Shown piece after piece: positions 9,377-19,294 of a DNA stretch of 56,216 nt. The stretch's first letter is position 1; each line of letters starts with the position of its first letter. This stretch comes from Bdellovibrionales bacterium (GTDB lineage: Bacteria > Bdellovibrionota > Bdellovibrionia > Bdellovibrionales > JAMPXM01): the NCBI GenBank assembly GCA_043739185.1, contig JAYUEN010000094.1:1-56216 (forward strand), written 5' to 3'. Made by a program: the position numbers and the translations under genes. The notes under the pieces were generated by a model. That model was given only the letters and a program-made list of their open reading frames with translations, was not told the DNA's origin and did no database searches.

Positions 9377-11512
9377 CTAAGGCACCTTCGACACAAACAC
9401 CAAGCCGTTGTTCATTGTCGCATACAAAGTTCTTCCAAAAATTGCTAGCCCCATGGGTAAGGCGATAGCACCAGGCAAAGTGGTTAGTTGAACCCCAATC
9501 TGACCTGGCTTTCCTACGACAGTCGTTACGACTCCACTAGGCGTAATTTTTCGGATCAAAAAATTATCGGAATCTGCAACATATACATCGCCTGAAGAAT
9601 CAAGGGTGATTCCCATAGGATTGTTAAAACTTGCTTGGGCTCCGGTTCCATCGGATGAACCTTTTACTCCGGCAGTTCCTGCAAAAGTTGTTACAACTCC
9701 TGCTGAGGTGATCCGACGAATGGTATTGCTATTGGTATCGACTATATAAACATTTCCTGAAGCATCAACCGCCACCCGCCGAGGATAGTTAAAGCTTGCA
9801 CTTGCTCCGACTCCATCGGCTGAACCAACGACTCCTGCTGTCCCGGCAAATGTTGTTACCACACCCGACTGCGTGATCTTGCGAATGGTTTGACTGGTGG
9901 TATCTGCAACAAAAATATTTCCGGAAGAATCGAGAGAGATACCTGAAGGATTATCAAATTGTGCATTCGCCCCAATGCCGTCGGCCACGCCCCTCATCCC
10001 TTCAGTCCCTGCCAATGTTGTTACCACACCTCCCGGGGTGATCTTGCGAATGGTAGCATTGCCAGTATCTGCGACATAAACATAACCAGATGAATCAACA
10101 GCGACATCCCACGGACCATAAAAACTTGCACTCGCCCCGGCACCGTCAGCTGAACCTATCACTCCTGCTGTCCCTGCCAATGTAGTTACCACTCCAGCCG
10201 GTGTGATCTTGCGAATGATATCATTATTGTAGTCGGCGACATAAATATTTCCCGAAGCGTCGACGGCCATGCCTCGTGGATGACTAAATCCTGCGCTCGC
10301 ACCAGTACCATCAGCCGAACCTTGAATAAAAGGAGTCCCGGCAAATGTTGTTACCACACCTCCCGGCGTGATCTTGCGAATGGTGTTATTGCCATAGTCG
10401 GCAACGAAAACATTTCCCGCGAAATCAACAGCGCCGCCCCTGGGGGCACGAAAGCTTGCGCTGGCTCCGGTTCCATCTGCTGAACCACGCACTCCTGCTG
10501 TTCCTGCAAATGTTGTTACGATTCCCGCCGGAGAAATTTTTCGAATGGTATTATTACCAGTGTCCGCGACAAACAAATTACCTGATGAATCTCTTGATAG
10601 AGTTGTCGGCGTGCTAAAAGTTGCACTAGCTATAGGGCCGTCTGCAGATCCTTGTAAGCCAGCCGTCCCCGCAAATGTTGTAACGACTCCTGAAACAGTG
10701 ATTTTTCGAATGGTATTATTATCGCAGTCGACAACAAATAAAAATCCTGATGGATCAAGCATAATGCTCATCGGGCTATGAAAGCTTGCACTTGCTCCGT
10801 CGCCGTCAGCCGAACCAGCCACGCCGGCAGTCCCTGCCAATGTGCTCACCACACCTGCCGGAGTAATTTTTCGAATTGTATTATTGCTAGAATCTGCCAC
10901 ATAAACATTTCCGCCAGTATCGAGAGTCACACCATAGGGATAATAAAAACTTGCGCTTGTACCGGTACCGTCTGTGGATCCATGAACGCCTGCAGTACCA
11001 GCCAATGTTGTAACGACTCCTGATGGAGTGATTTTTCGAATCGTACTATTTCCTGTATCGGCAACATAAAGAGTGCCAGAGGCATCAACTGCAATTCCTC
11101 CCGGAAGATAAAAGCTTGCACTTGCCCCTGTACCATCTGCGGATCCATGCACTCCCGCAGTACCAGCAAATGTTGTAACAACTCCCGATGGAGTGATTTT
11201 TCGAATCGTATTATTATTGTAGTCAGCTACATAAAAGCTACCAGCGGAATCAACAGCTATTGCTGGCGGACTGCTAAAACTTGCACTTGGCCCCATACCA
11301 TCTAAGTTTCCGTAGCCACCGATATTGCCAGCAAAAACCCCGCCAGCAAATCCAATGGTGGTAGGCGAGCCAGAATTGGACTGATCCGAAACATCTTGAC
11401 CTGTGAAACTTGCGCCGTCTCCACTGCAATTTATAAATGCGAAGCTCATTGTGACAACTGCAAGTATGACAAAAATTAAATTTAGCGCTGAATATTTTTT
11501 TTGAATCCTCAT
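9377..11512 (-). CDS. NHL-repeat beta-propeller lipoprotein (11 full + 1 degenerate 55-aa repeats)
   Basis: Repeats of FxxPxxxAVDxxGNxYVADxxNNTIRKITPxGVVTTFAGTAG..GSADG.GASAS; signal peptide ending AFINCSG; ATG 11512. Confidence 0.93.
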   Translation of the reverse strand: MRIQKKYSALNLIFVILAVVTMSFAFINCSGDGASFTGQDVSDQSNSGSPTTIGFAGGVFAGNIGGYGNLDGMGPSASFSSPPAIAVDSAGSFYVADYNNNTIRKITPSGVVTTFAGTAGVHGSADGTGASASFYLPGGIAVDASGTLYVADTGNSTIRKITPSGVVTTLAGTAGVHGSTDGTGTSASFYYPYGVTLDTGGNVYVADSSNNTIRKITPAGVVSTLAGTAGVAGSADGDGASASFHSPMSIMLDPSGFLFVVDCDNNTIRKITVSGVVTTFAGTAGLQGSADGPIASATFSTPTTLSRDSSGNLFVADTGNNTIRKISPAGIVTTFAGTAGVRGSADGTGASASFRAPRGGAVDFAGNVFVADYGNNTIRKITPGGVVTTFAGTPFIQGSADGTGASAGFSHPRGMAVDASGNIYVADYNNDIIRKITPAGVVTTLAGTAGVIGSADGAGASASFYGPWDVAVDSSGYVYVADTGNATIRKITPGGVVTTLAGTEGMRGVADGIGANAQFDNPSGISLDSSGNIFVADTTSQTIRKITQSGVVTTFAGTAGVVGSADGVGASASFNYPRRVAVDASGNVYIVDTNSNTIRRITSAGVVTTFAGTAGVKGSSDGTGAQASFNNPMGITLDSSGDVYVADSDNFLIRKITPSGVVTTVVGKPGQIGVQLTTLPGAIALPMGLAIFGRTLYATMNNGLVFVSKVP
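9480..11281 (-). repeat. Coding tandem repeat with 165-bp period (NHL blades)
   Basis: DNA motifs such as AATGTTGTTACCACACC and GTGATCTTGCGAAT recur at 165-bp intervals; boundaries approximate. Confidence 0.85.
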
Positions 11513-11875
11513 AGGCCCGCCAAGCAAATTGCAAAAGAAGTAAAATTCGAAAGCTTGAAACTCAGTAAAAAAACAAAAGGCGATCTTTTAATAGCTGTCA
11601 TAAAATTCCCCGTAATTTTTGTGCTGATATTGAGTGAACGTCCGACTTATTCAGTATGGCACTCATCTTCACATTTTTAAATATAAAAGATCTCCTTTGT
11701 GATCATTTTTGATTTCTAAATTAGTATTTACTATGTCTTTTTAGTGATTTATTCCGCCTTATATTCTTGTAATATATTTTTAATACTTTGCTTTGTGATC
11801 ACTAAATCATACCAAACTGAGGCACTTTGGCCACAGGTACTTTAAACGAAAAGACGGCGCTCCCTCAATCACGAC

Positions 11876-11903
11876 TCAAGGCTAGTCTGGATCTTGCCGA
11901 GAA
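11876..11903 (+). promoter_or_regulatory. sigma28/FliA-type promoter
   Basis: TCAAG-N15-GCCGAGAA, followed after a 7-nt gap by GTG 11911. Confidence 0.65.
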
Positions 11904-11910
11904 GATGTAA

Positions 11911-12153
11911 GTGAATTGCTCAAAGGCCTTAATACTCATTTTACCGCTACTTTTAAGCCAAAGCCTTTTGGCAGGAACAGGACTACTACTTCAGGGTTCG
12001 GTGCCAAGTCGCGCTGAAATTAGATTCGCAAATAATCAATCAGGCCCCGTCTTTCAAATTCAGAGCAATTCAAAATTTCACTATAAAATAAAGCGCTCAA
12101 AGCTCAGAACGCCCGCAAGCATTTATCAAAAAATATCTATTGAAGCGCCCTAA
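11911..12153 (+). CDS. Small secreted protein at the head of the chaperone-usher locus (mini-pilin-like)
   Basis: Signal peptide followed by GTGLLLQGSVPS, resembling the N-terminal SGTLALSGSVAK of the pilin at 16816. Confidence 0.65.
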   Translation: MNCSKALILILPLLLSQSLLAGTGLLLQGSVPSRAEIRFANNQSGPVFQIQSNSKFHYKIKRSKLRTPASIYQKISIEAP

Positions 12154-12238
12154 TCCGCATTTCATCTATCCTCAAACGCATTTTGCCTTTAATATATTCT
12201 AGAAACTCGTGGTTCAACTTCATCTAGGATATCACACT

Positions 12239-12985
12239 ATGAAATGCAAAAAACTACACTCATTTGTTGGGACTGCTATTATTCTCTTGTGCCTCTCAAA
12301 CCAAAATGCCAAAGCGTTTGTACTTTCGCCAATGGTTCAAAAATTAAATACCCAACAATCAAAAAGCCTGGTGTTCACGGTAGAAAATAAAAATAAAGAA
12401 AAAATTGCCGTGAGTTTAGAAATTCAAGCACGCTCATACGATGAAAAAGGAAACGAAACCAGAAAGCCTACCGAGGACTTTAGTATTTATCCAGACCAAT
12501 TGGCCCTGCAAGCTGGCGAGAAAAGAAATATTCGCCTCACCTGGACAAAACCCGAAACTTCAAACCAAGAATTGGCCTATCGCCTTATTGCCTCACAGCT
12601 TCCGGTCAATCTTGCAGACAAGCCAAAAGCTACCTCTGATCATTCTGCTAAAATAAATTTTTTACTTCAATATGTGGCATCCATTTATATCGAGCCAAGT
12701 GAACCCGGAAAGTACAAACTTCACATCGATTCATTTAAAAATATAAATGAAAATGACGCCAGCATTAAAATTTCGAATACCGGAAATATTCATAAGGTAC
12801 TTTACAAAGCCAAACTTAGGTTTTTTAATGGCGAATCTTTGATTAAAGAAATAAGTGGCATTGAGGCACTCGAGAGCGTCAATTTACTTGCTGGGGAATA
12901 CAAAGAAATTAAAATTAAAGCAAAAGAAAAATTGCCAATTGGCTTTGATCGAGTCGTAGTAGACTCTGAAAATTCTGGAGACTAA
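12239..12985 (+). CDS. Fimbrial periplasmic chaperone (PapD/CsuC-like)
   Basis: Signal peptide, LSPM, F.V.N, YPDQLALQAGEKRNIRL, ELAYRLIASQLP, NTGNIH. Confidence 0.9.
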   Translation: MKCKKLHSFVGTAIILLCLSNQNAKAFVLSPMVQKLNTQQSKSLVFTVENKNKEKIAVSLEIQARSYDEKGNETRKPTEDFSIYPDQLALQAGEKRNIRLTWTKPETSNQELAYRLIASQLPVNLADKPKATSDHSAKINFLLQYVASIYIEPSEPGKYKLHIDSFKNINENDASIKISNTGNIHKVLYKAKLRFFNGESLIKEISGIEALESVNLLAGEYKEIKIKAKEKLPIGFDRVVVDSENSGD

Positions 12986-12987
12986 AT

Positions 12988-15384
12988 ATCACTCGCTTTG
13001 CATTCGCACTTTTAATGTTTTTAGTCACTGGTGAATCGCTGCGCGCCCTCACCAATCCCGTGCTGATCCCGATCTATTTTACCGAAACTCAAGTGGCTGA
13101 AGTTCCCACGTGGCCCAATCAAGACGCCGAAAAGTTCTCAATTGAAAAAACCAGCTTGCTAGCTCAATTGAGCAATTTACTTGAATACTTTTATTTCGAA
13201 AAACTCAAAAATGATTGGTCGCAATATTCACAAATTAACTTAAGACAACTTGAAGACGAAGGATTGAATCCCCATTTCGACGAAAGCGCTTTAGAGATTC
13301 ACCTTGATATCCCGTTGAGAAACCGTAAAAAAGAAAGTATTAATTTTCAAGCCGCCGACAATGAAATGCGACCTCACTTTGAAAGGCCAGCCGATTGGAG
13401 TGGCTTTCTGAATGTCTATACCACTGAGACTTTAAGCAAAAATCAAAGTATCAATTCCTCGCAGCTTGATCTTGTCAGCAACTTTAAGGGATATATCTTT
13501 GAGAATAAATCGAACTACAGTAGCGATGCGACCCCTCCTTGGCAGAGAATTGAGAGCAATATTACCAAGGATCTTATCTCAGGTCCTTTGAAGGGAACGC
13601 GAGCTGCCGCAGGCGATCTCAATATCTCGCCGAAAGGATTTCAAAATGTTTATGCCTTCTTAGGTGGCTCTATTCGAAATGAACAAGCATTGCACCCGCA
13701 ACGAAAACTGGCGTCACTTTCGCAGCAAGAAATTATGATCACCAAGCCTTCGCGAATTGAAGTTTATATTAACAATCAGATTTATTCGCAGTTTCATATT
13801 CAACCAGGGAAATTCAATTTAAGTAATTTACCTATTTCGGCAGGGCAAAATAATATTCGCGTCAAAGTAATTGACGATTTTGGGCAAAGCGAAGAATTCA
13901 ATATTATGTATTTGTTTGACGCCAATGTTTTAGCCGAAGGAGAAAATGAGTTTTATTATGGCGGCGGTCAGACTGCAGATTCAAATCTGTCCGGAAAATC
14001 TTATTTGCAAGACTCAAGTGCGGCTTCATTTTTTCACCGATATGGATGGACTCAGAATAAAACAATAGGTTTGAATTTTCAGTCTTTAGGCAACCAAAGC
14101 CTCATCGGAAGCGAACTTTTATCTCTTGAAAAATGGGGAATTTGGGGCCTCGATCTCGCCTCTTCTCAATATGCTTCACAAACTCAATCAAAAGCGCAGG
14201 CAATCCGACTCAGCTATCGATCTATCAACGGCATATCACTTGCCGAACGCCCCCTATATTTTTCTGCACAATTTGAATATCGAGGAGTTAACTTTTCGCA
14301 GCCGCAAATCTTGGGCTTTCTGCCTAGCGGTTCTGAACTTCAATCTTTAGGACAAATCTCTTATAGTCCAACTGATAAATTGACAACCGGAATAGGCGGC
14401 AACTTAAATTCACCCTATCCCGGATACACCCATTCCTCGTTGGGCCAAATTTTCTTAAATGTTCATGCTCATTCGAATTGGTATGTGGATATGAGTTATA
14501 ATTTTCAAAATTCAATTGTTAGCAGTCAATATGTTCTTCTTGCCTTCAATTGGACAGAAAGCTCCCAACGCACTAATATCAATAGCTCGTATTCAAGCGA
14601 TCGCAATAATTTGAATAGCTCAATCAATCAAAATCATCTCATCTTAGATCAAGATCTTCGCCTGAATGCTGGCTTCGGAAGATCTGACGATTCGGGGCAG
14701 GTCTCAGCGGGCGCTGAATACTTATCAAAGATTGCTCGTCTACGCTTGTCAGCTTTATCTTCGCCTCTAGATAGCTCGGCAACGCAAACATATTCAGTTG
14801 GACTTGAAAGCTCACTGGCGTGGGCAGGAGGTCAGCTTGCTCTTTCGGCCCCCATCTCAGATAGTTTTGCGATTATCAAATCAGATTCAATGCAAGAAAA
14901 ATTAAGTCTTCCGATTCAAGCACAGAGCCAAGCTGGCAACGTCATCTTGGCGGCGCATTCTCCAGTTGTTCTTAATCATCTGGCCTATGAATATCCGTAT
15001 CGCATGAGCCTTGACGGAACAGCTCTTCCAACTGGCTATTTGCTCAATCAGGAGTTTTTTGACTTCTATCCTACATATAAAACCGGCTACTTAATCGAAA
15101 TTAACTTTCAGAGAAAAATGGTCGCAGATGGAATTTTAATTTTAGGAAAAAAACCGCTCGCCTATCAAACTGGTGAACTTTTTGATGAGAATAATAAACT
15201 CATCGGTGACAATTTTTTTACCAATAAAAATGGCAGATTTCTGATCGAAGCCTTAAGCTCCGGAAAATATCAACTGCGTCTTGCCCTTGAGAACTCAAAC
15301 CCGATTTATATTGATATTCCCAACGAGGCTCCAAATAATATGATTCACTTAGGTAAAGTCGAGGTCAAAATTCATGAAGAATAA
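12988..15384 (+). CDS. Fimbrial outer-membrane usher (PapC/FimD/CsuD family)
   Basis: PSRIEVYINN, PGKFNLSNLPISAGQNNIRVKVIDDFG, FFTNKNGRF. First ATG is 13015; an in-frame ATC at 12988 has an SD and restores a signal peptide. Confidence 0.9.
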   Translation: MTRFAFALLMFLVTGESLRALTNPVLIPIYFTETQVAEVPTWPNQDAEKFSIEKTSLLAQLSNLLEYFYFEKLKNDWSQYSQINLRQLEDEGLNPHFDESALEIHLDIPLRNRKKESINFQAADNEMRPHFERPADWSGFLNVYTTETLSKNQSINSSQLDLVSNFKGYIFENKSNYSSDATPPWQRIESNITKDLISGPLKGTRAAAGDLNISPKGFQNVYAFLGGSIRNEQALHPQRKLASLSQQEIMITKPSRIEVYINNQIYSQFHIQPGKFNLSNLPISAGQNNIRVKVIDDFGQSEEFNIMYLFDANVLAEGENEFYYGGGQTADSNLSGKSYLQDSSAASFFHRYGWTQNKTIGLNFQSLGNQSLIGSELLSLEKWGIWGLDLASSQYASQTQSKAQAIRLSYRSINGISLAERPLYFSAQFEYRGVNFSQPQILGFLPSGSELQSLGQISYSPTDKLTTGIGGNLNSPYPGYTHSSLGQIFLNVHAHSNWYVDMSYNFQNSIVSSQYVLLAFNWTESSQRTNINSSYSSDRNNLNSSINQNHLILDQDLRLNAGFGRSDDSGQVSAGAEYLSKIARLRLSALSSPLDSSATQTYSVGLESSLAWAGGQLALSAPISDSFAIIKSDSMQEKLSLPIQAQSQAGNVILAAHSPVVLNHLAYEYPYRMSLDGTALPTGYLLNQEFFDFYPTYKTGYLIEINFQRKMVADGILILGKKPLAYQTGELFDENNKLIGDNFFTNKNGRFLIEALSSGKYQLRLALENSNPIYIDIPNEAPNNMIHLGKVEVKIHEE

Positions 15385-16324
15385 GCTCAAGCTTCATCGA
15401 CGCTGGTTTTTAATGTTCGTGTTTGCGATTTCGAAAATTGCTCAAGCGGCTCAGCCCGCATGTACAGGCGCAAGCTTTTCGACGTCTTCTTCAATTGTCA
15501 CACTCAATATCAATTCGTGCTCGGTTTTACAAGTTACTGCAAGCGTAAAAGTAAACTCAAATCCTTGCACATTTTTTTTCACCTTTGATTATGGTGGAGC
15601 CGGAACCTGGTCTGCAAGAAGCCTGAACCAAAGCTCCTATTCTTGGTCCTATCAGATTTTTCAGGATGCCGGGCAAAGCAATATACTCAAAGATTTTCCT
15701 GCCGCTTCAAGCTCAAACGATGTCTTAAGTGGCAGCATTTCAAACTTGGGTAATCAAGTTTTGACGCTCAACTATTATGTTTGCCTCAACCCAACAAATC
15801 CCTATTTGAGATTTGGCAACTACTCAAATACCTTTAATGTTCAGATGTACACGGGTGACTTGACGACAAACAAAAGTATTGGCTCGCAAAGTATAAATTT
15901 GAATTATTTGGCGCCCAGACAAATTGATTTATCTTTGGTTTCAACTTCATCTCCGTTTAATTTATCAAGCACTAGCTTCAATATGAATTTTGGCCAAATT
16001 GCAGCAAGCGGCGGCGCAAGTCTCAGCGCAGACTTGCTGGTTAAATTCAATGCCGGTTATAAGGTACTGCTGTCTTCACAAAATAATGGGAAGCTCGCCC
16101 ATAGTAGTGCGAGCGACTCAATTGCTTATACTTTTCTTTTTAATGGAAGTGCTTTGAACTTATCTTCATCCTCTGGCACTCCGGTCACAGCCTCAACAGC
16201 CACTGGAGTGAGTTCGACAACGGGGACCAGGTTTCCGATTCAAGTGAATTTAGGTGCGGCCCCTAATAAATCAGCCGGCACCTATTTAGATACGATTACG
16301 ATTATTGTGCAATCGAGCGAGTAA
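15374..16324 (+). CDS. Two-domain spore-coat-U/CsuE-like fimbrial tip subunit
   Basis: Signal peptide; MNFG; two domains ending GNYSNTFNV and AGTYLDTITIIV. Confidence 0.85.
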   Translation: MKNKLKLHRRWFLMFVFAISKIAQAAQPACTGASFSTSSSIVTLNINSCSVLQVTASVKVNSNPCTFFFTFDYGGAGTWSARSLNQSSYSWSYQIFQDAGQSNILKDFPAASSSNDVLSGSISNLGNQVLTLNYYVCLNPTNPYLRFGNYSNTFNVQMYTGDLTTNKSIGSQSINLNYLAPRQIDLSLVSTSSPFNLSSTSFNMNFGQIAASGGASLSADLLVKFNAGYKVLLSSQNNGKLAHSSASDSIAYTFLFNGSALNLSSSSGTPVTASTATGVSSTTGTRFPIQVNLGAAPNKSAGTYLDTITIIVQSSE

Positions 16325-16339
16325 AATGAAATTCAGAAA

Positions 16340-16816
16340 TCAATTACTTGATATTGTTACTGTCAAAGTGTCGGAATATGTTCCTGAAGGAGCCGTCGCA
16401 TACGCCGTCACATTGATATTAATATCAGAATTATTTGTAACTAATCCAGCAAGTGAAGCAACGTTTTTTACACTCACGCCACCAACTGTTGGCGTCACCG
16501 GACCGCCGCCATTGTAGCTAATGGTGTAAGCTGTCTTTTTAGTGGCGTCTCCTGAATTTTGTAAAAAGCCACCAGTTGGTGAAGAAATTGAAATCGTATA
16601 TCCAGAAAGGTCATTCGATGTCTCAGCAGCACTTCCTACTTTTACGTTTGATTGCCCGGCCAAAATATCAAGGCTTGTATTGGCCGTCCCGTTGGGGGTC
16701 ACCACAATACTGCTTGATTTAGCTACCGAACCACTGAGTGCAAGTGTCCCGCTGGTAGCCGCAAATGCGCTGACAGTTAATGACGAAATTAAAAATCCAA
16801 TTGTTTTCAAGAGCAT
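16340..16816 (-). CDS. Probable major pilin, spore-coat-U/Csu type
   Basis: Signal peptide (..SAFA), ATSGTLALSGSV N-terminal extension, C-terminal SGTYSDTLTVTI; convergent with the usher operon. Confidence 0.85.
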   Translation of the reverse strand: MLLKTIGFLISSLTVSAFAATSGTLALSGSVAKSSSIVVTPNGTANTSLDILAGQSNVKVGSAAETSNDLSGYTISISSPTGGFLQNSGDATKKTAYTISYNGGGPVTPTVGGVSVKNVASLAGLVTNNSDININVTAYATAPSGTYSDTLTVTISSN

Positions 16817-17021
16817 AAGTTTTCCCCTAGTTTTTAGTTGGACTGGCGTTATATCACAAATGCGATCACTATGTAGAGTTCAATTTTAAATCTTTTAGAC
16901 AATTGAAATTTCTTCTTCTTTGATGACAATTTTGAGTAGAAGTTCGGTTAAAAGAAAACTCAAGCTTGAATGCACTTTAGGATTTATTGACCTCGCATCC
17001 GTCCTCAGCTAACAATTAGGT

Positions 17022-17441
17022 ATGGAAAAACAATTGATTTTAGCAATGCTCTTCTACGTAATTTATATTTGGCTTTTAGGAGCTTTGAATTTTCGTACCC
17101 GGTTATTGGCCATTAAGAATAAGAATGTTCATCATAGCTTTTTTAAAGCCTATCAGGGCGATGTTACAGACCGGGTACAGGTGGTGGGACGGCACTATGA
17201 CAATCAATTTCAACTGCCTCTCTTGTTTTTTATAAGCTGCCTCACGCTACTGACGCTTAAGCACGCCGATCTCATTAGCATTCTCTTCGCCTGGGCTTTT
17301 ATTCTTTCTCGAATTGGGCATTCCTATGAACATCTAGGCAAAAATCGGGTTATCAAGCGCTTTTTTTGGTTTGCCGGCGGCTGGCTGATCATTTTAGGAC
17401 TTTGGGCTCAAATTGCTTTTGTCGCCCTTTCCTACTATTGA
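17022..17441 (+). CDS. MAPEG family membrane protein
   Basis: 139 aa, about four TM segments, NQFQLPLLF and SRIGHSYEH motifs. Confidence 0.88.
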   Translation: MEKQLILAMLFYVIYIWLLGALNFRTRLLAIKNKNVHHSFFKAYQGDVTDRVQVVGRHYDNQFQLPLLFFISCLTLLTLKHADLISILFAWAFILSRIGHSYEHLGKNRVIKRFFWFAGGWLIILGLWAQIAFVALSYY

Positions 17442-17465
17442 GACTTTAAGTTTAAATTGAGAGAG

Positions 17466-18383
17466 TTAATTAAGAGGCTGAACTTCGATTCCTATAATTT
17501 TTGCCATATCCGAAAGATGAATAACTAAATTTTTAGTTTCAGTGTTCATCACAGATTGAGGAATGAGGCTTTCAGCACAAAATATTCGAATCCAGGCAGA
17601 ATAGTCAATCGCGCCTTCGGCATTTAAAACTTTACTCACATAGTTCCAATGAGCGTTGCTAATTTCATAGCCCACAAATTTTTGCATGGGGCCTTTGCAT
17701 TTCACTTGTCTCATTACATCTTGGGTTAAAATACTTGAAGGCTCGGCATTCACCGACAAATAGATATCAGCTACCGGCATGGGGACCGAATAATTAATAG
17801 TTGAAAGCTCAAGATATTTTTGCGTCTTTTCAAAGCCATATTTGAGGCTCGAAAAATCCTGAGATAAAACTCTGCGAATCTTCGAACCTAAAATATCAAG
17901 TTTACTATGATTTTGTTCGCCGGTTTGATGCCCGAGCTCGTGAATTAAAATGGCCGAGAGTCCAGCAAAATCCAAATTGGGCTCGCCAATTTGGCTATAG
18001 AGTTCGTCTACATTAAAATATATTGGTATACTTGAGTTGAGCCCAGTAACCGCAATTCGATTACTTTCGGTAGAAGAGGTAGTGAAAAATCCTGGCGTGG
18101 ATTTTTCAGAAAGAAAAATGATACGATAAGGATTTGAAGTGTTTGCAATTAAAACGCCTTCAATCTTTTTAAGAGTTTGAATTTCTTCATCGCTCACGCC
18201 GCAAACTTTTGGAGATACAACGCAATGAGAAATCACCTTGTCGAGTGATAGATAAGCGAACTGAATATTTTGCTCAACAATTCCCGCACCATTGCCGACG
18301 ATGCCTCCGGCGAAGACTTCGTTGCAAATAAAGAGAAATATTAAAAAGCCGACTCCCAACAATAAGGACCTAATGTTCCGCAT
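17466..18383 (-). CDS. Secreted protein with HExxH (putative zinc metallopeptidase)
   Basis: Signal peptide ending VFA, mature N-terminus GGIVGNGAG, ILIHELGHQ. ATG 18383 overlaps the end of the TIGR02147 gene. Confidence 0.75.
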   Translation of the reverse strand: MRNIRSLLLGVGFLIFLFICNEVFAGGIVGNGAGIVEQNIQFAYLSLDKVISHCVVSPKVCGVSDEEIQTLKKIEGVLIANTSNPYRIIFLSEKSTPGFFTTSSTESNRIAVTGLNSSIPIYFNVDELYSQIGEPNLDFAGLSAILIHELGHQTGEQNHSKLDILGSKIRRVLSQDFSSLKYGFEKTQKYLELSTINYSVPMPVADIYLSVNAEPSSILTQDVMRQVKCKGPMQKFVGYEISNAHWNYVSKVLNAEGAIDYSAWIRIFCAESLIPQSVMNTETKNLVIHLSDMAKIIGIEVQPLN

Positions 18384-19254
18384 TTTGATTTGCTCCCAAT
18401 ACTTTTTCTTCTTTTGTATGTTCAAATAATTGTACGTTTAGCTGAAATACCCGATTTGAGTCTTCACCCAAATATCTTGAGTTAAAATCCTTCACAAAAT
18501 TCAAAATCTTTTCTTTTGCCTCAGGCATATGTTTTGGATCGAATTTCAGCGTAAGCGAATTGAAATGTCTTTCAGTTACTTCTTGCTCGTCAATGGCTTC
18601 GATCGCTCTTTGCATCATACCCTTGTGATGCTCCCGAATGGCCTCTGAAGGCAAATCATGTGTTGTTTCGACAACCTGTGTTGCCTGTTTCAGTGTTCCA
18701 TCGGGATCGCGCTCGATAAGGCCTAGCTCAAGAAGGACTTCAATTGATTTCTTGATTTGACTTGCGGTGAGCTTTTTTCGAAGTCGTCTATTGATCCAAT
18801 TGTGATCTTCTCTGAAATCAAAAGTAGAAACCAAAGACTTAACAACCAGATGATACCAGTCACTCATCAGCGAAAACTGTTGAATATTTAATTTCTGAGT
18901 GCGACTTACTTTTTTAAAACGATCTAGTCGCGCTATAACTTGAGCAGTGGCCTTGCCTTTTCGCTTTAGCTTTTCAAGTTGCACGACACTACGAAGATAC
19001 TGACTCTCCTCTGAGCTCACATGCCAATATTCAAAAATTGCATCTAAAAAATCATTGCTTGGAAGTCGATCTCCAGTGAAAATCATCGACAGGCTGCTGG
19101 GAGAATTATAGCCAAGTTGCTTGGCTAATTTTTCAAGACTTGATTTTTTGTGACCCGTATTTGAACGAATCTCAGCTTTAAGTCGATACTTAAAGTAGTC
19201 TTGAAAGTTTTCAAAATTAAGTGCCGTTAACTTTTCCAGAAAATCCCCGCCCAA
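18370..19254 (-). CDS. TIGR02147 / DUF4423 family protein (HTH-like N-terminus)
   Basis: SLEKLAKQLGYNSPSSLSMIFTGDR, SDWYHLVV, L.ELGLI, SEAIREHH, RHFNSLT, VFQLNVQLF. Confidence 0.92.
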   Translation of the reverse strand: MGGDFLEKLTALNFENFQDYFKYRLKAEIRSNTGHKKSSLEKLAKQLGYNSPSSLSMIFTGDRLPSNDFLDAIFEYWHVSSEESQYLRSVVQLEKLKRKGKATAQVIARLDRFKKVSRTQKLNIQQFSLMSDWYHLVVKSLVSTFDFREDHNWINRRLRKKLTASQIKKSIEVLLELGLIERDPDGTLKQATQVVETTHDLPSEAIREHHKGMMQRAIEAIDEQEVTERHFNSLTLKFDPKHMPEAKEKILNFVKDFNSRYLGEDSNRVFQLNVQLFEHTKEEKVLGANQNAEH

Positions 19255-19294
19255 TTATACGATCCCATCAACTTATAGATGATTCCAAAATTAC

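Noticed and set aside
9480..11281. Regular DNA repeats as a CRISPR array or DGR template/variable repeats
   Set aside because: The period is 165 bp, in frame and protein-coding; there are no unique spacers, cas genes or reverse transcriptase in the window.
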